Shown: piece after piece, positions 24,990 through 32,000 of the stretch
How the letters are laid out: each line of letters opens with the position of its first letter
Numbering within the stretch: position 1 is the stretch's first letter
Assembly: GCA_942493105.1 (NCBI GenBank)
Contig: OW818668.1
Span: 210,001 to 242,000 of the forward strand
Length of the DNA stretch: 32,000 nucleotides
Source of the DNA: an uncultured Erysipelotrichaceae bacterium
GTDB taxonomy: Bacteria > Bacillota_I > Bacilli_A > Erysipelotrichales > Erysipelotrichaceae
Direction of reading: 5' to 3'
Program-made: the position numbers and the translations under genes
Notes under the pieces: generated by a model
Seen by the model: only the letters and a program-made list of their open reading frames with translations
Database searches by the model: none
Told to the model about the DNA's origin: nothing

Positions 24990-25440
24990 GTTGTCTTTTC
25001 TCAGTCAAACTGCTCTCGTTATTCAACTTTCATCATCATTCTGTCTCATTCATTCTACCCTATTTTAGAGCTATATATATCACTAATTTAGTGTTCATTT
25101 TCTTATTATTTAGGTTCTCTTTTAAAAAGAAATCTCAAAATCCGTTACACTTTTGTTACACTTGGACAAAGTGACCTGCAAAAAAGCCTTATAGAATAAG
25201 GCTTCGTGAAGTCATGGTGCCATCACCGAGAGCAGAATTTATGCGTATATTTAGGTGTCAGTTATGATAAAAGGCTTAAAAAACAAGCCTTTTAGTCGAT
25301 TTTTATCGAATTAAGTGTGATTAAATCGGAATAAAATAGGAAATCCGTTACACATTTGTTACACTTTGGAATTGGCTATTTCTACCACTATGACATGCTC
25401 AAAGGATCATCGCATTTTCTCAATACACCACAGTTCGTAA
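24990..25440 (-). repeat. Module L copy 3, long form
   Basis: Boxes at 25139-25163 and 25342-25366, 203 bp apart. The sequence after the second box (ttggaattggctatttctaccactat) matches the flank of the single box at 13550-13575. Confidence 0.85.
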
Positions 25441-25520
25441 TCGCATTAATGAAGTACGGGGCACATTCATATATTGTTGCCGAATACACTGAATAACTTT
25501 GTCAAATAGATGAAATTTTA

Positions 25521-26057
25521 TTACCATTTGTAAGGAAAATACTTACTGACAAATTCAGAGAACGAATCCCCAACCGAGTCTAGATTGAAGTCATATAGAT
25601 ATAGATAAGCGATTGAGTTTCTCGTATCGGACACGGCAATCATCCCAAAATCATGGGGATAATCTCCATAGCCCTGATCATCACTGATGATCCTGAAATC
25701 AAAATCTCCGACACTAAAGGTTGTTTGGGGGAAAATTTGATCTGAGACATAGCTGTTGGGTTCATTTAGAAAATAGAAAGTATCATCCAATTTTGCCTTC
25801 TCATCCAGATAAGTATCCTGATCATACGTCACAACCAGCAATAGAGTATCCATCTCCCAAATAAAGATGATATCTATTCTGTAGTGATGATAAATATCTT
25901 TGTATTGAGGAAGTGAATCGATCTCAGGCATAACCGACTTCGATGATCCAGTATTTAGACGGTGCCATGAATAAGAAATTTCGCTCTTGTCTTGAAGAGG
26001 GCTGTAACAACCAGTTAATAGAATCAGAACAATGATTGAAAGAAATATATTTTTCAT
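25521..26057 (-). CDS. Lipoprotein, 178 aa (cassette ORF)
   Basis: MKNIFLSIIVLILLTGC lipobox, GGTGGA RBS. Confidence 0.7.
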   Translation of the reverse strand: MKNIFLSIIVLILLTGCYSPLQDKSEISYSWHRLNTGSSKSVMPEIDSLPQYKDIYHHYRIDIIFIWEMDTLLLVVTYDQDTYLDEKAKLDDTFYFLNEPNSYVSDQIFPQTTFSVGDFDFRIISDDQGYGDYPHDFGMIAVSDTRNSIAYLYLYDFNLDSVGDSFSEFVSKYFPYKW

Positions 26058-26312
26058 AAATCCACCATATCTTCATTATAAACACAAAGGAATCTCAATA
26101 AGTTGTGACTTTGTGTAAATAGAGTAAAAACACCTGTTAAGATGCTTCAGAATGCGCTGGGTTGATTGGATAATGAGATTTGAATTGATCCTTTCTTGAC
26201 ATTACAAGATCTTCGAGTTCCAAACAAATCCTCCATAGACTTCTATATTTATCTTGTTTCAAGGCTTATCTAGTCAAAATATTACAAAGGATCATATCAA
26301 TAAACCAGTTCT

Positions 26313-26430
26313 CAGAACGCACCACGGTCTTCGTATTCGCTCCAGGTGGAGCATTCTCGTTACACTAGTATGAACGCTTAGGCACACCCAATCGTGTCCC
26401 ACGGTCGTCCGTTTAAGACCGTGGTCTGCG
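26313..26430 (-). repeat. H foldback repeat copy 10 (close to consensus)
   Basis: cagaacgcaccacggtcttcgtattcgctccaggtggagcattctcgttacactagtatgaacgcttaggcacacccaatcgtgtcccacggtcgtccgtttaagaccgtggtctgcg. Confidence 0.95.
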
Positions 26431-26486
26431 TCAATATTCAACGAAAGTATTAGGAATATCTTATGTAACCACTTCCATTTAGTCAT

Positions 26487-26861
26487 TCACTTAAAAATAT
26501 TGTTTAATATACTTATAATCCTTGACTCAAACAATTTGATTAGTAGTAGATATATAAAAGATATGTACATACCTATGGTATTATCAAATTCAATCATAAA
26601 AAATTTCAGTACAAAAATAGTTAATATGGTCATTATGATGACTAAAATGCACAATGCAAACCCCATCCATTGAGGAACAACTTTTCTGAAAAAAGCTAGA
26701 AATCCACTTAATAACATTGATATCAATAACGATATTGATCCAAGAGTATAATTTAATCCAAGGTCCACATTAGAAAATACAAAAAAATAGAAAGCTAAAC
26801 CCAAAGCTAAAACCATTAAGATAGTTAGTATTAATTCAAATTTCGTTAATTTTTCTTTCAT
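26487..26861 (-). CDS. Small membrane protein, about 4 TM, 124 aa (cassette ORF)
   Basis: Hydrophobicity pattern. AGGA lies 8 nt upstream of the ATG. Confidence 0.6.
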   Translation of the reverse strand: MKEKLTKFELILTILMVLALGLAFYFFVFSNVDLGLNYTLGSISLLISMLLSGFLAFFRKVVPQWMGFALCILVIIMTILTIFVLKFFMIEFDNTIGMYISFIYLLLIKLFESRIISILNNIFK

Positions 26862-26922
26862 GATAATTATCCTATCTGGCCTTCCCCCATTACTTATTCC
26901 AAATCAGTATTAACTCTTTAAT

Positions 26923-27003
26923 CTCATTATCCCTTTTCTTCATCCGTTAGTCTACCTTCAATGCGATCATTTAGAGGCTCTACTATAAACAACCGCAGTC
27001 CAA
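26923..27003 (-). repeat. H-less junction: module B copy 4 fused directly to a T-like module
   Basis: ctcattatcccttttcttcatccgttagtctaccttcaatgcgatcat (B) is followed by ggctctactataaacaaccgcagtccaa (T-like), ending 3 nt from the stop at 27007. Confidence 0.6.
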
Positions 27004-27006
27004 TCT

Positions 27007-27174
27007 CTATTTCTGATTTTCTGAGAGTTTAACCAATGTATAGCACAAATAATTTATGCCCATAAAGACTATTGAACCACCCATAACTTCTGGGATTGGC
27101 ATAATCCAACCTGTAATAAACACACTCACAAACCATACCGCAAAACCAATAAGAAACACTTTAATTGCTTTCAT
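27007..27174 (-). CDS. Very small membrane protein, about 55 aa (cassette ORF; start uncertain)
   Basis: AGGAGGAT sits directly upstream of ATGATTATG. The second ATG, at 27174, has the better spacing. Two hydrophobic helices. Confidence 0.45.
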   Translation of the reverse strand: MKAIKVFLIGFAVWFVSVFITGWIMPIPEVMGGSIVFMGINYLCYTLVKLSENQK

Positions 27175-27261
27175 AATCATATCCTCCTGTTCATTCAAAT
27201 TGTACCGTTTATCCTCCATGTTTACTACACAAAACAGTGATTTTTGTTGCCTATTTAAGAA

Positions 27262-27586
27262 TGTTTTTTATAAATCCGTTACACTTTTGTTACACTTGGA
27301 CAAAGTTACCTGCAAAAAAGCCTTATAGAATAAGGCTTCGTGAAGTCATGGTGCCATCACCGAGAGCAGAATTTACGCGTATTTTTAGGTGTCAATTATG
27401 ATAAAAGGTTTAAAAAACAAGCCTTTTAGTCGATTTTTATCGAATTAAGTGTGATTAAAACTAAATAAAACAGGAAATCCGTTACACATTTGTTACACTT
27501 CGATGTGATCAAATTATCTATCAATAATCTTCCGCAAAGAGACTTCTCTCTTCTCAATACACTCCTGTCCCAACTAAAAAATAACC
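27262..27586 (-). repeat. Module L copy 4, partial: only the box-203 bp-box unit plus T-like tail, with no H and no left arm
   Basis: Boxes at 27273-27297 and 27476-27500. The interior differs from the other two copies at only a handful of scattered positions plus a more variable stretch just before the second box. The right flank resembles that of the 21.8-kb copy. Confidence 0.8.
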
Positions 27587-27979
27587 TTAACACTCTATCC
27601 TTTCCAAAATGCATAAAAGTTCTCTCGCTATCTGACGCAGTTCTTCCCAAAGCAAATGATTTTTCAATCCATTTAATGTCCAAAAATCTTCATCATATGT
27701 AGCACCATCCAAAGAAATATCGTGAAATTTTTTATCTATTTCTTTGTATAAATCAATCACATTATTGCTAATCATATTTTGATTAAACATATGCATGACA
27801 CCATTTTTTAAATCATTCCAAATCCAGTCACTAGCAATATCATTGGTTATATAGTCTTTGAGCATAGACAGCTGTTTATATTGCTCTTCATACGACAATG
27901 CTAATGTTTTAGCTTGTTCAATATAATAATCAATTTCATTTTTTCTGATTTTCTGAATTTCCTTTTTCTTTTTTATCAC
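27587..27979 (-). CDS. Hypothetical cytoplasmic protein, about 130 aa (cassette ORF)
   Basis: GTG 27979 lies 8 nt after GGTGGAGGA. The track TTG start at 28030 sits inside leader C. Confidence 0.5.
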   Translation of the reverse strand: MIKKKKEIQKIRKNEIDYYIEQAKTLALSYEEQYKQLSMLKDYITNDIASDWIWNDLKNGVMHMFNQNMISNNVIDLYKEIDKKFHDISLDGATYDEDFWTLNGLKNHLLWEELRQIARELLCILERIEC

Positions 27980-28021
27980 TTGATGTTCCTCCACCAGTAT
28001 GGAAATAGTCTGCCACCTAAA

Positions 28022-28078
28022 TTGTTCCAAAACACAATTGATTGTTTAACTCGACAACAACCCTTAATATCCAGTTCT
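28022..28078 (-). repeat. Leader module C copy 2
   Basis: Minus strand: GAACTGGATATTAAGGGTTGTTGTCGAGTTAAACAATCAATTGTGTTTTGGAACAA. Confidence 0.7.
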
Positions 28079-28196
28079 CAGAACTCACCACGGTCTTCGT
28101 ATTCGCTCCAGGAGGAGCATTCTCCACACTCTAGTATGAACGCTTAGGCACATGCAATCGTGTCCCACGATGAGTTTACCTAGACCGTGGTCTGCG
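28079..28196 (-). repeat. H foldback repeat copy 11 (sister of copy 12)
   Basis: Shares private variants with copy 12: ccaggaggagc loop, catgcaatcg, cccacgat, gtctgcgtca. Confidence 0.95.
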
Positions 28197-28203
28197 TCAA
28201 TAT

Positions 28204-28251
28204 ATTCATGCAGTCTAAATATCGTGTCATTACGGAAGTCGACCTATTCCA
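28204..28251 (-). repeat. Module T copy overlapping the 3' end of a CDS
   Basis: attcatgcagtctaaatatcgtgtcattacggaagtcgacctattcca. GGAATAGGTCGACTT encodes the C-terminal G-I-G-R-L of the 28230-28538 ORF. Confidence 0.8.
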
Positions 28252-28538
28252 CCATTCTTCTTAACATATTTCTCGATCTTTTTCATTTCTTTAATTGAAA
28301 TCTGTCTACCGCATTTTGGACACAAGAACTCGGTCCATATAAACTTAACATCTCCAAACATGTATCCATCTCCTCCTACAGAACTAAAATCGTACTCTTT
28401 TGCCTCTGGAGATTTGGAATTTACTATCTTGGAAACCTTAGTTTTGAATAATAAAGAATGACAGTCAGGGCAGTAATGCTTCTTACAGTTGACATAAAAT
28501 GGATTTTTCCATGTTCTCACGATGCTTTTAAATTTCAT
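28230..28538 (-). CDS. Zinc-ribbon small protein, 102 aa (cassette ORF)
   Basis: Contains CPDC and CPKC pairs. Start moved to ATG 28538 (MKFKSIV), 5 nt after GGAG, because the track start at 28646 lies inside repeat H. Confidence 0.65.
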   Translation of the reverse strand: MKFKSIVRTWKNPFYVNCKKHYCPDCHSLLFKTKVSKIVNSKSPEAKEYDFSSVGGDGYMFGDVKFIWTEFLCPKCGRQISIKEMKKIEKYVKKNGGIGRLP

Positions 28539-28597
28539 AATTGCTCCAAAGTTTACTCTTTTTCGTTGTTTCCCATAAACCACTACACTTCCATTCT

Positions 28598-28715
28598 TAG
28601 AACGCACCACGGTCTTCGTATTCGCTCCAGGAGGAGCATTCTCCACACTCTAGTATGAACGCTTAGGCACATGCAATCGTGTCCCACGATGAGTTTGCCA
28701 AGACCGTGGTCTGCG
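28598..28715 (-). repeat. H foldback repeat copy 12 (sister of copy 11)
   Basis: I count four differences from copy 11 over ~118 nt. Confidence 0.95.
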
Positions 28716-28756
28716 TCAGTGTAAACTTAGGCTCTCGACTAAACCCAATGCGGTAC

Positions 28757-29233
28757 TTATAACAATTTGATTGATTCGGATAATCTATGAACAAGCTTAT
28801 CAGGGAAAGCATAGTTCTTATGCCATGCCATTTGGTACATAGAGCCAGGATAATCTGAATTTAGTTGATTCAATGCTCGAAGTATTGCTCTAGCAAATCT
28901 GATTTGGGAAACGTTCCCTTGATAAAGAACCTCTTTATCAAAAGTCATCGTTCTTTCGTTATATAGGGAATAGATTACACTGATTGACACTTCCAGGTTC
29001 TCTTCGGAAATAGTCCATTGTACCTCTCCAGGTTCATTCATCCAAACAAAAGATCTTTCCTTTGAGCCTTCGCACATTAAGACAATAGCTATTGTAAAAT
29101 CGTATATAGCATCCGTTAAATAGGAAGAAGTTATTACTGTCTCTTTATCCACATCCTGTATTGTCATATCAAGCCAGCCATTTTGTATTGATATCTTGCT
29201 TATTGTGAATTGATTGTTCATTAACCCCATCAT
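28757..29233 (-). CDS. Hypothetical cytoplasmic protein, 158 aa (cassette ORF)
   Basis: Uninterrupted ORF. The start lies at the edge of module B copy 5 (AAAAGGGATGATGGGG). No family recognised. Confidence 0.55.
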   Translation of the reverse strand: MMGLMNNQFTISKISIQNGWLDMTIQDVDKETVITSSYLTDAIYDFTIAIVLMCEGSKERSFVWMNEPGEVQWTISEENLEVSISVIYSLYNERTMTFDKEVLYQGNVSQIRFARAILRALNQLNSDYPGSMYQMAWHKNYAFPDKLVHRLSESIKLL

Positions 29234-29265
29234 CCCTTTTCTACATCCATTAGTTTACCTAGTAT
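29226..29265 (-). repeat. Module B copy 5 (solitary, diverged)
   Basis: Minus strand: CTAGGTAAACTAATGGATGTAGAAAAGGGATGATGGGG. There is no H or T in this 63-nt junction. Confidence 0.5.
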
Positions 29266-29296
29266 ATCGATACCATGTTTATTTTTACTTCAATGA

Positions 29297-30727
29297 TTAT
29301 TGGTAAAAACTTAGGAAATCTTCAAGTGTCGAACTTGGATTGGCATTCTTGGTTGCTTCTATGTAGAACCATGTATATTCAAGATCGTGAAGGATTACTG
29401 GCAATTCTTTCTTGAACTGGGTTTTGATGAATCCGGTCTGATGAAGTTCCTTTATGATCTCGACAAATAAACCAAGGATCTCGACTAATCCATTGGGTCC
29501 TTTACCGATGTATCTCGATTTAGCATCATGGATAGGACCTTCTTCGAAACCGATATCTTTGACTTTCATTTTCTTCAACCATGATAATACGTCAGCTTTG
29601 CTTTCATCGTCTTCGATAATGGGAACTTCATTTTGAAGCCAGAAAGCATAATTCCATCGTTCTTCTGATTTTGGATCTATATTGAATTCAGATTCGGTAT
29701 TGTAAGTGAGGTAGACATTAGGAATAAAATCTTCACCTTCATCAGCTTCAAAGTAAAGGGATAAGGAATAAATCGCAGGGTCATCAAAAGCCTTGATCTG
29801 ATCAGTGAGTTTTTTTAATAACTCGTTCTTCAGATAGCTCGTTGTGATCAGTTGCTTAGAGACTTTTTTTGGATTCTCGTTTTTAGGATAGTTAATACTA
29901 TCGTCTTTCAGATCAAGTCTTGACTTAGTTTCTATAGTATTATTTTTATTGCGCACTTGTTTTCCCTGGCTATCCGAAGACGAGAAATGTGTTTTGAATC
30001 GATTAGAAGATTTATGATAACATAAGACAGTCCCATCTTCATTCAGGTAAGTACCGCCGACAATATACCCTTCATGATCATAGTCAGGTTTGATTCGTTC
30101 ATGCTTTATAGGAAAAGAGTAAAACTTTCTGTATACATTGATAATCTCAACCTTGGTTTCGTTGTAGGTTAGGGTATAGTAATTGAAATTACAGTCATTT
30201 TCATTTATATTCTTAAATCTTGTTCTTATCTCATCTTTCAACTCCCCTCTCCAATCCTCTAGTACTCCATAACTGATCATCTTTCCTTCACTATCAAATT
30301 TTGATAGTGAAAATTGAATGATTTTGTTCACATAGATATTTCCATGAAACACAAAAGACCATTCGACTTCGCCTTCTCGAAAGAAAAACTCTGTTACTTT
30401 AATATCTTCTTTGCCCCATAAATGATGATGAGTCGTACGAATTAGAATGTTATTCGAATCAAAATCGTGAACAAATACATCATCAAGTATCTTAGGTACC
30501 CTACTTAACTTTCTTCCCAAGTCAAGGTTAGTTACCTGTATTTTCATGAAAGGTACTTTTTGGTAGTATCCGCCAATTTCAGATTTACATCTAGAATACT
30601 CTTTTTTGACTGTCCTCTTGTCAAATTCAGCATAAAGTTCATTTATGTCCCTTGTTAAGGCATCAAAATTCTTTGAATTGGCGATTATATCAAGCATATG
30701 TCTTAATTCATCATTATATTCGTTCAT
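29297..30727 (-). CDS. Hypothetical protein, about 476 aa (largest cassette ORF)
   Basis: ATG 30727 (MNEYNDEL) lies 5 nt after GGGGG. No TM segments, no family recognised with confidence. Confidence 0.65.
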   Translation of the reverse strand: MNEYNDELRHMLDIIANSKNFDALTRDINELYAEFDKRTVKKEYSRCKSEIGGYYQKVPFMKIQVTNLDLGRKLSRVPKILDDVFVHDFDSNNILIRTTHHHLWGKEDIKVTEFFFREGEVEWSFVFHGNIYVNKIIQFSLSKFDSEGKMISYGVLEDWRGELKDEIRTRFKNINENDCNFNYYTLTYNETKVEIINVYRKFYSFPIKHERIKPDYDHEGYIVGGTYLNEDGTVLCYHKSSNRFKTHFSSSDSQGKQVRNKNNTIETKSRLDLKDDSINYPKNENPKKVSKQLITTSYLKNELLKKLTDQIKAFDDPAIYSLSLYFEADEGEDFIPNVYLTYNTESEFNIDPKSEERWNYAFWLQNEVPIIEDDESKADVLSWLKKMKVKDIGFEEGPIHDAKSRYIGKGPNGLVEILGLFVEIIKELHQTGFIKTQFKKELPVILHDLEYTWFYIEATKNANPSSTLEDFLSFYQ

Positions 30728-30807
30728 CTTGACCCCCATTAAGTTATGTTACTTAAGATAGTTTGTCCTTTACAAAGCACCTATAATGCAGCTTGACTCT
30801 TGATTTC

Positions 30808-30854
30808 ATTATCCCTTTTCTTCATCTATTAGTTTACTTCAATTCATCTAATCC
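30808..30854 (-). repeat. Module B copy 6
   Basis: Minus strand: GGATTAGATGAATTGAAGTAAACTAATAGATGAAGAAAAGGGATAATGAAA. It opens a 14-codon ORF, MKKRDNEIKSQAAL. Confidence 0.8.
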
Positions 30855-30971
30855 CAGAACTCACCACGGTCTTCGTATTCGCTCCATATGGAGCATTCCC
30901 CACAATCTAGTATGAACGCTTAGGCACACCCAATCGTGTCCCACAGTGAGTTTGCCAAGACCGTGGTCTGC
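30855..30971 (-). repeat. H foldback repeat copy 13
   Basis: cagaactcaccacggtcttcgtattcgctccatatggagcattcc...cccacagtgagtttgccaagaccgtggtctgc. Confidence 0.9.
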
Positions 30972-30998
30972 ATCGCAATCTAAAACCAGTATTTCTGT

Positions 30999-31628
30999 TT
31001 ACTTGTACTGATTTGATTTTTCCTCATATTCTGTTGCTTTAACCAGATCCCCTAAACGTTTATAAAACAAGGATTCGAATTTGTAGCCAAATCGTTTAAT
31101 ATCATCATAATCATATTCTGTGATGATTTTCTCAATCATCTCTATACTCCAGGTCAAAACTTCAGTGGTTGCATCGCTATCTTGTTGGATCAAAGTAAAA
31201 GGAGCTAGTATACTTAAATAATCTGAAGAGGCTATGAGTAATTTATATCGCATCTCAAATGCTTCCTTAAATTCGGAAATTTGATCTAATTGATAAAGTG
31301 CAAAAAGGTATTCAATATAGAAAATCTCATAGTCTTGTTCTGTCATGTTAGTTGGTTTGTTTTCTATTGCTAAATAATAGTATTTTGCTTTTTCTTTATA
31401 TTGACCTTCAACCTTAAGCAGAGATTTTATGAGGTTTACCAAACTGTTATCAGAATGGTAAAAATCATATTCTCGTTCATACCATATAACCGCTTCGCTA
31501 TAATTACTCCTAGATACATAAAAGTCTCCAATTTGTCTTGAAAAAACATTTAAACTGAGACCTAGAACTATCGTTAATCCAATAGCAGAGGCAAATATAA
31601 TCAACAGAACTTTTATTGGCTTTTTCAT
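30999..31628 (-). CDS. Membrane-anchored helical-repeat protein, 209 aa (cassette ORF)
   Basis: N-terminal TM anchor (VLLIIFASAIGLTIVLGLSL), then Y/E/K-rich helical repeats (TPR-like impression only). GGAAAGGGGA RBS. Confidence 0.65.
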   Translation of the reverse strand: MKKPIKVLLIIFASAIGLTIVLGLSLNVFSRQIGDFYVSRSNYSEAVIWYEREYDFYHSDNSLVNLIKSLLKVEGQYKEKAKYYYLAIENKPTNMTEQDYEIFYIEYLFALYQLDQISEFKEAFEMRYKLLIASSDYLSILAPFTLIQQDSDATTEVLTWSIEMIEKIITEYDYDDIKRFGYKFESLFYKRLGDLVKATEYEEKSNQYK

Positions 31629-31648
31629 TCTATCCCCTTTCCATTAGT

Positions 31649-31767
31649 TAGAGCGCACCACGGTCTTCGTATCCGCTCCAGGTGGAGCATTCTCCACACT
31701 CGAGTATGAATGCTTAGGCACAGCCAATCGTATCCCACGGTGAGTTTGCCAAGACCGTGGTCTGAGT
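31649..31767 (-). repeat. H foldback repeat copy 14
   Basis: tagagcgcaccacggtcttcgtatccgctccaggtggagcattc...cccacggtgagtttgccaagaccgtggtctgag. Confidence 0.9.
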
Positions 31768-31774
31768 GCTCAGG

Positions 31775-31823
31775 GGCTCATACTACTTTAACATTTCGAA
31801 TCTGCAAAAATCGACCTGTTCCA
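31775..31823 (-). repeat. Module T copy
   Basis: ctcatactactttaacatttcgaatctgcaaaaatcgacctgttcca, ending 3 nt from the stop at 31827. Confidence 0.8.
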
Positions 31824-31826
31824 CTA

Positions 31827-32000
31827 TTACTTGGTCACATTGTAATAATATTCGATGTCGCTTAGACCAATTGTCTGTGTAGTCCCATCTGAATATTCGA
31901 CAATGATTTCGCTAATTGTCGATGAGTCGTAAGAATAGCTGTAAAAAAGTGTAGTATTTCTTTTGTAAGAAGATGTTGCACCTGCAGCTAATGGTCCTGT
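31827..32000 (-). CDS. 3' end of a further cassette ORF (5' part beyond the window)
   Basis: My hand translation of the minus strand is open from 32000 down to TAA at 31827-31829 (...SDIEYYYNVTK*). It is absent from the ORF track because no start lies in the window. Confidence 0.45.
   Translation of the reverse strand, partial: TGPLAAGATSSYKRNTTLFYSYSYDSSTISEIIVEYSDGTTQTIGLSDIEYYYNVTK

Noticed and set aside
26313-26430. H as a rho-independent terminator between cassettes.
   Set aside because: No U-tract follows the closing stem on either strand. The element is followed by leaders carrying RBS, which fits a 5' or inter-cistronic position better.
1015-29636. Other short antisense or overlapping track ORFs: 1015-1248, 2646-2828, 5589-5798, 6006-6206, 6020-6214, 7104-7442, 8865-9065, 8957-9145, 15759-15950, 16902-17153, 17150-17365, 20795-21022, 21982-22185, 22927-23367, 27056-27328, 29454-29636.
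   Set aside because: Each is nested in or antisense to a longer ORF with recognisable domains or better signals. Their composition is typical of shadow frames in AT-rich DNA.
13258-31767. CRISPR array, suggested by the regularly spaced repeats.
   Set aside because: The repeats are ~117 nt rather than 24-48 nt. The intervening sequences are 0.4-2.7 kb and encode proteins with RBS. No cas genes are present.
13258-31767. Classical integron attC sites.
   Set aside because: No RYYYAAC / GTTRRRY core pair lies at the repeat ends. Primary sequence is highly conserved between copies, unlike typical attC sites. No intI, attI or Pc is visible in the window. Only the architecture is integron-like.

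Overview
AT-rich bacterial chromosomal window with Bacillota-like signals: GGAGG-type ribosome-binding sites, lipobox lipoproteins, and long ORFs intact under the standard code. I cannot assign a species. Positions 1-13.2 kb look ordinary. They hold the 3' part of a surface protein with three tandem Fn3-like repeats, an overlapping AMP-ligase plus E2/CAT-like acyltransferase pair, a YciI-like protein, an Fe-S aldo/keto reductase, an alpha/beta hydrolase, a PLP aminotransferase, a MarR plus flavodoxin/ferredoxin operon with palindromic operators, a CMD/AhpD-like protein and a HAD hydrolase. The notable part runs from 13.26 kb to the window end and probably beyond. About 20 short, mutually unrelated accessory ORFs, almost all on the minus strand, are separated by at least 14 co-oriented copies (plus one decayed copy) of a ~117-nt foldback repeat, called H here. 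H sits inside larger mosaic junctions made of other recurring modules. Module T abuts stop codons. Module L (~230-430 bp) carries a nested 203-bp unit bounded by 25-bp direct repeats with perfect TGTAAC-N5-TGTAAC boxes. Leader modules A, B and C supply shared 5'UTR, RBS and sometimes start codons. The layout resembles an integron-like cassette array, but it has no attC core consensus and no integrase in the window. I do not recognise the repeat as any described RNA or recombination-site family. No rRNA, tRNA or CRISPR array was seen. All functional readings of the repeats are inference from sequence inspection only.
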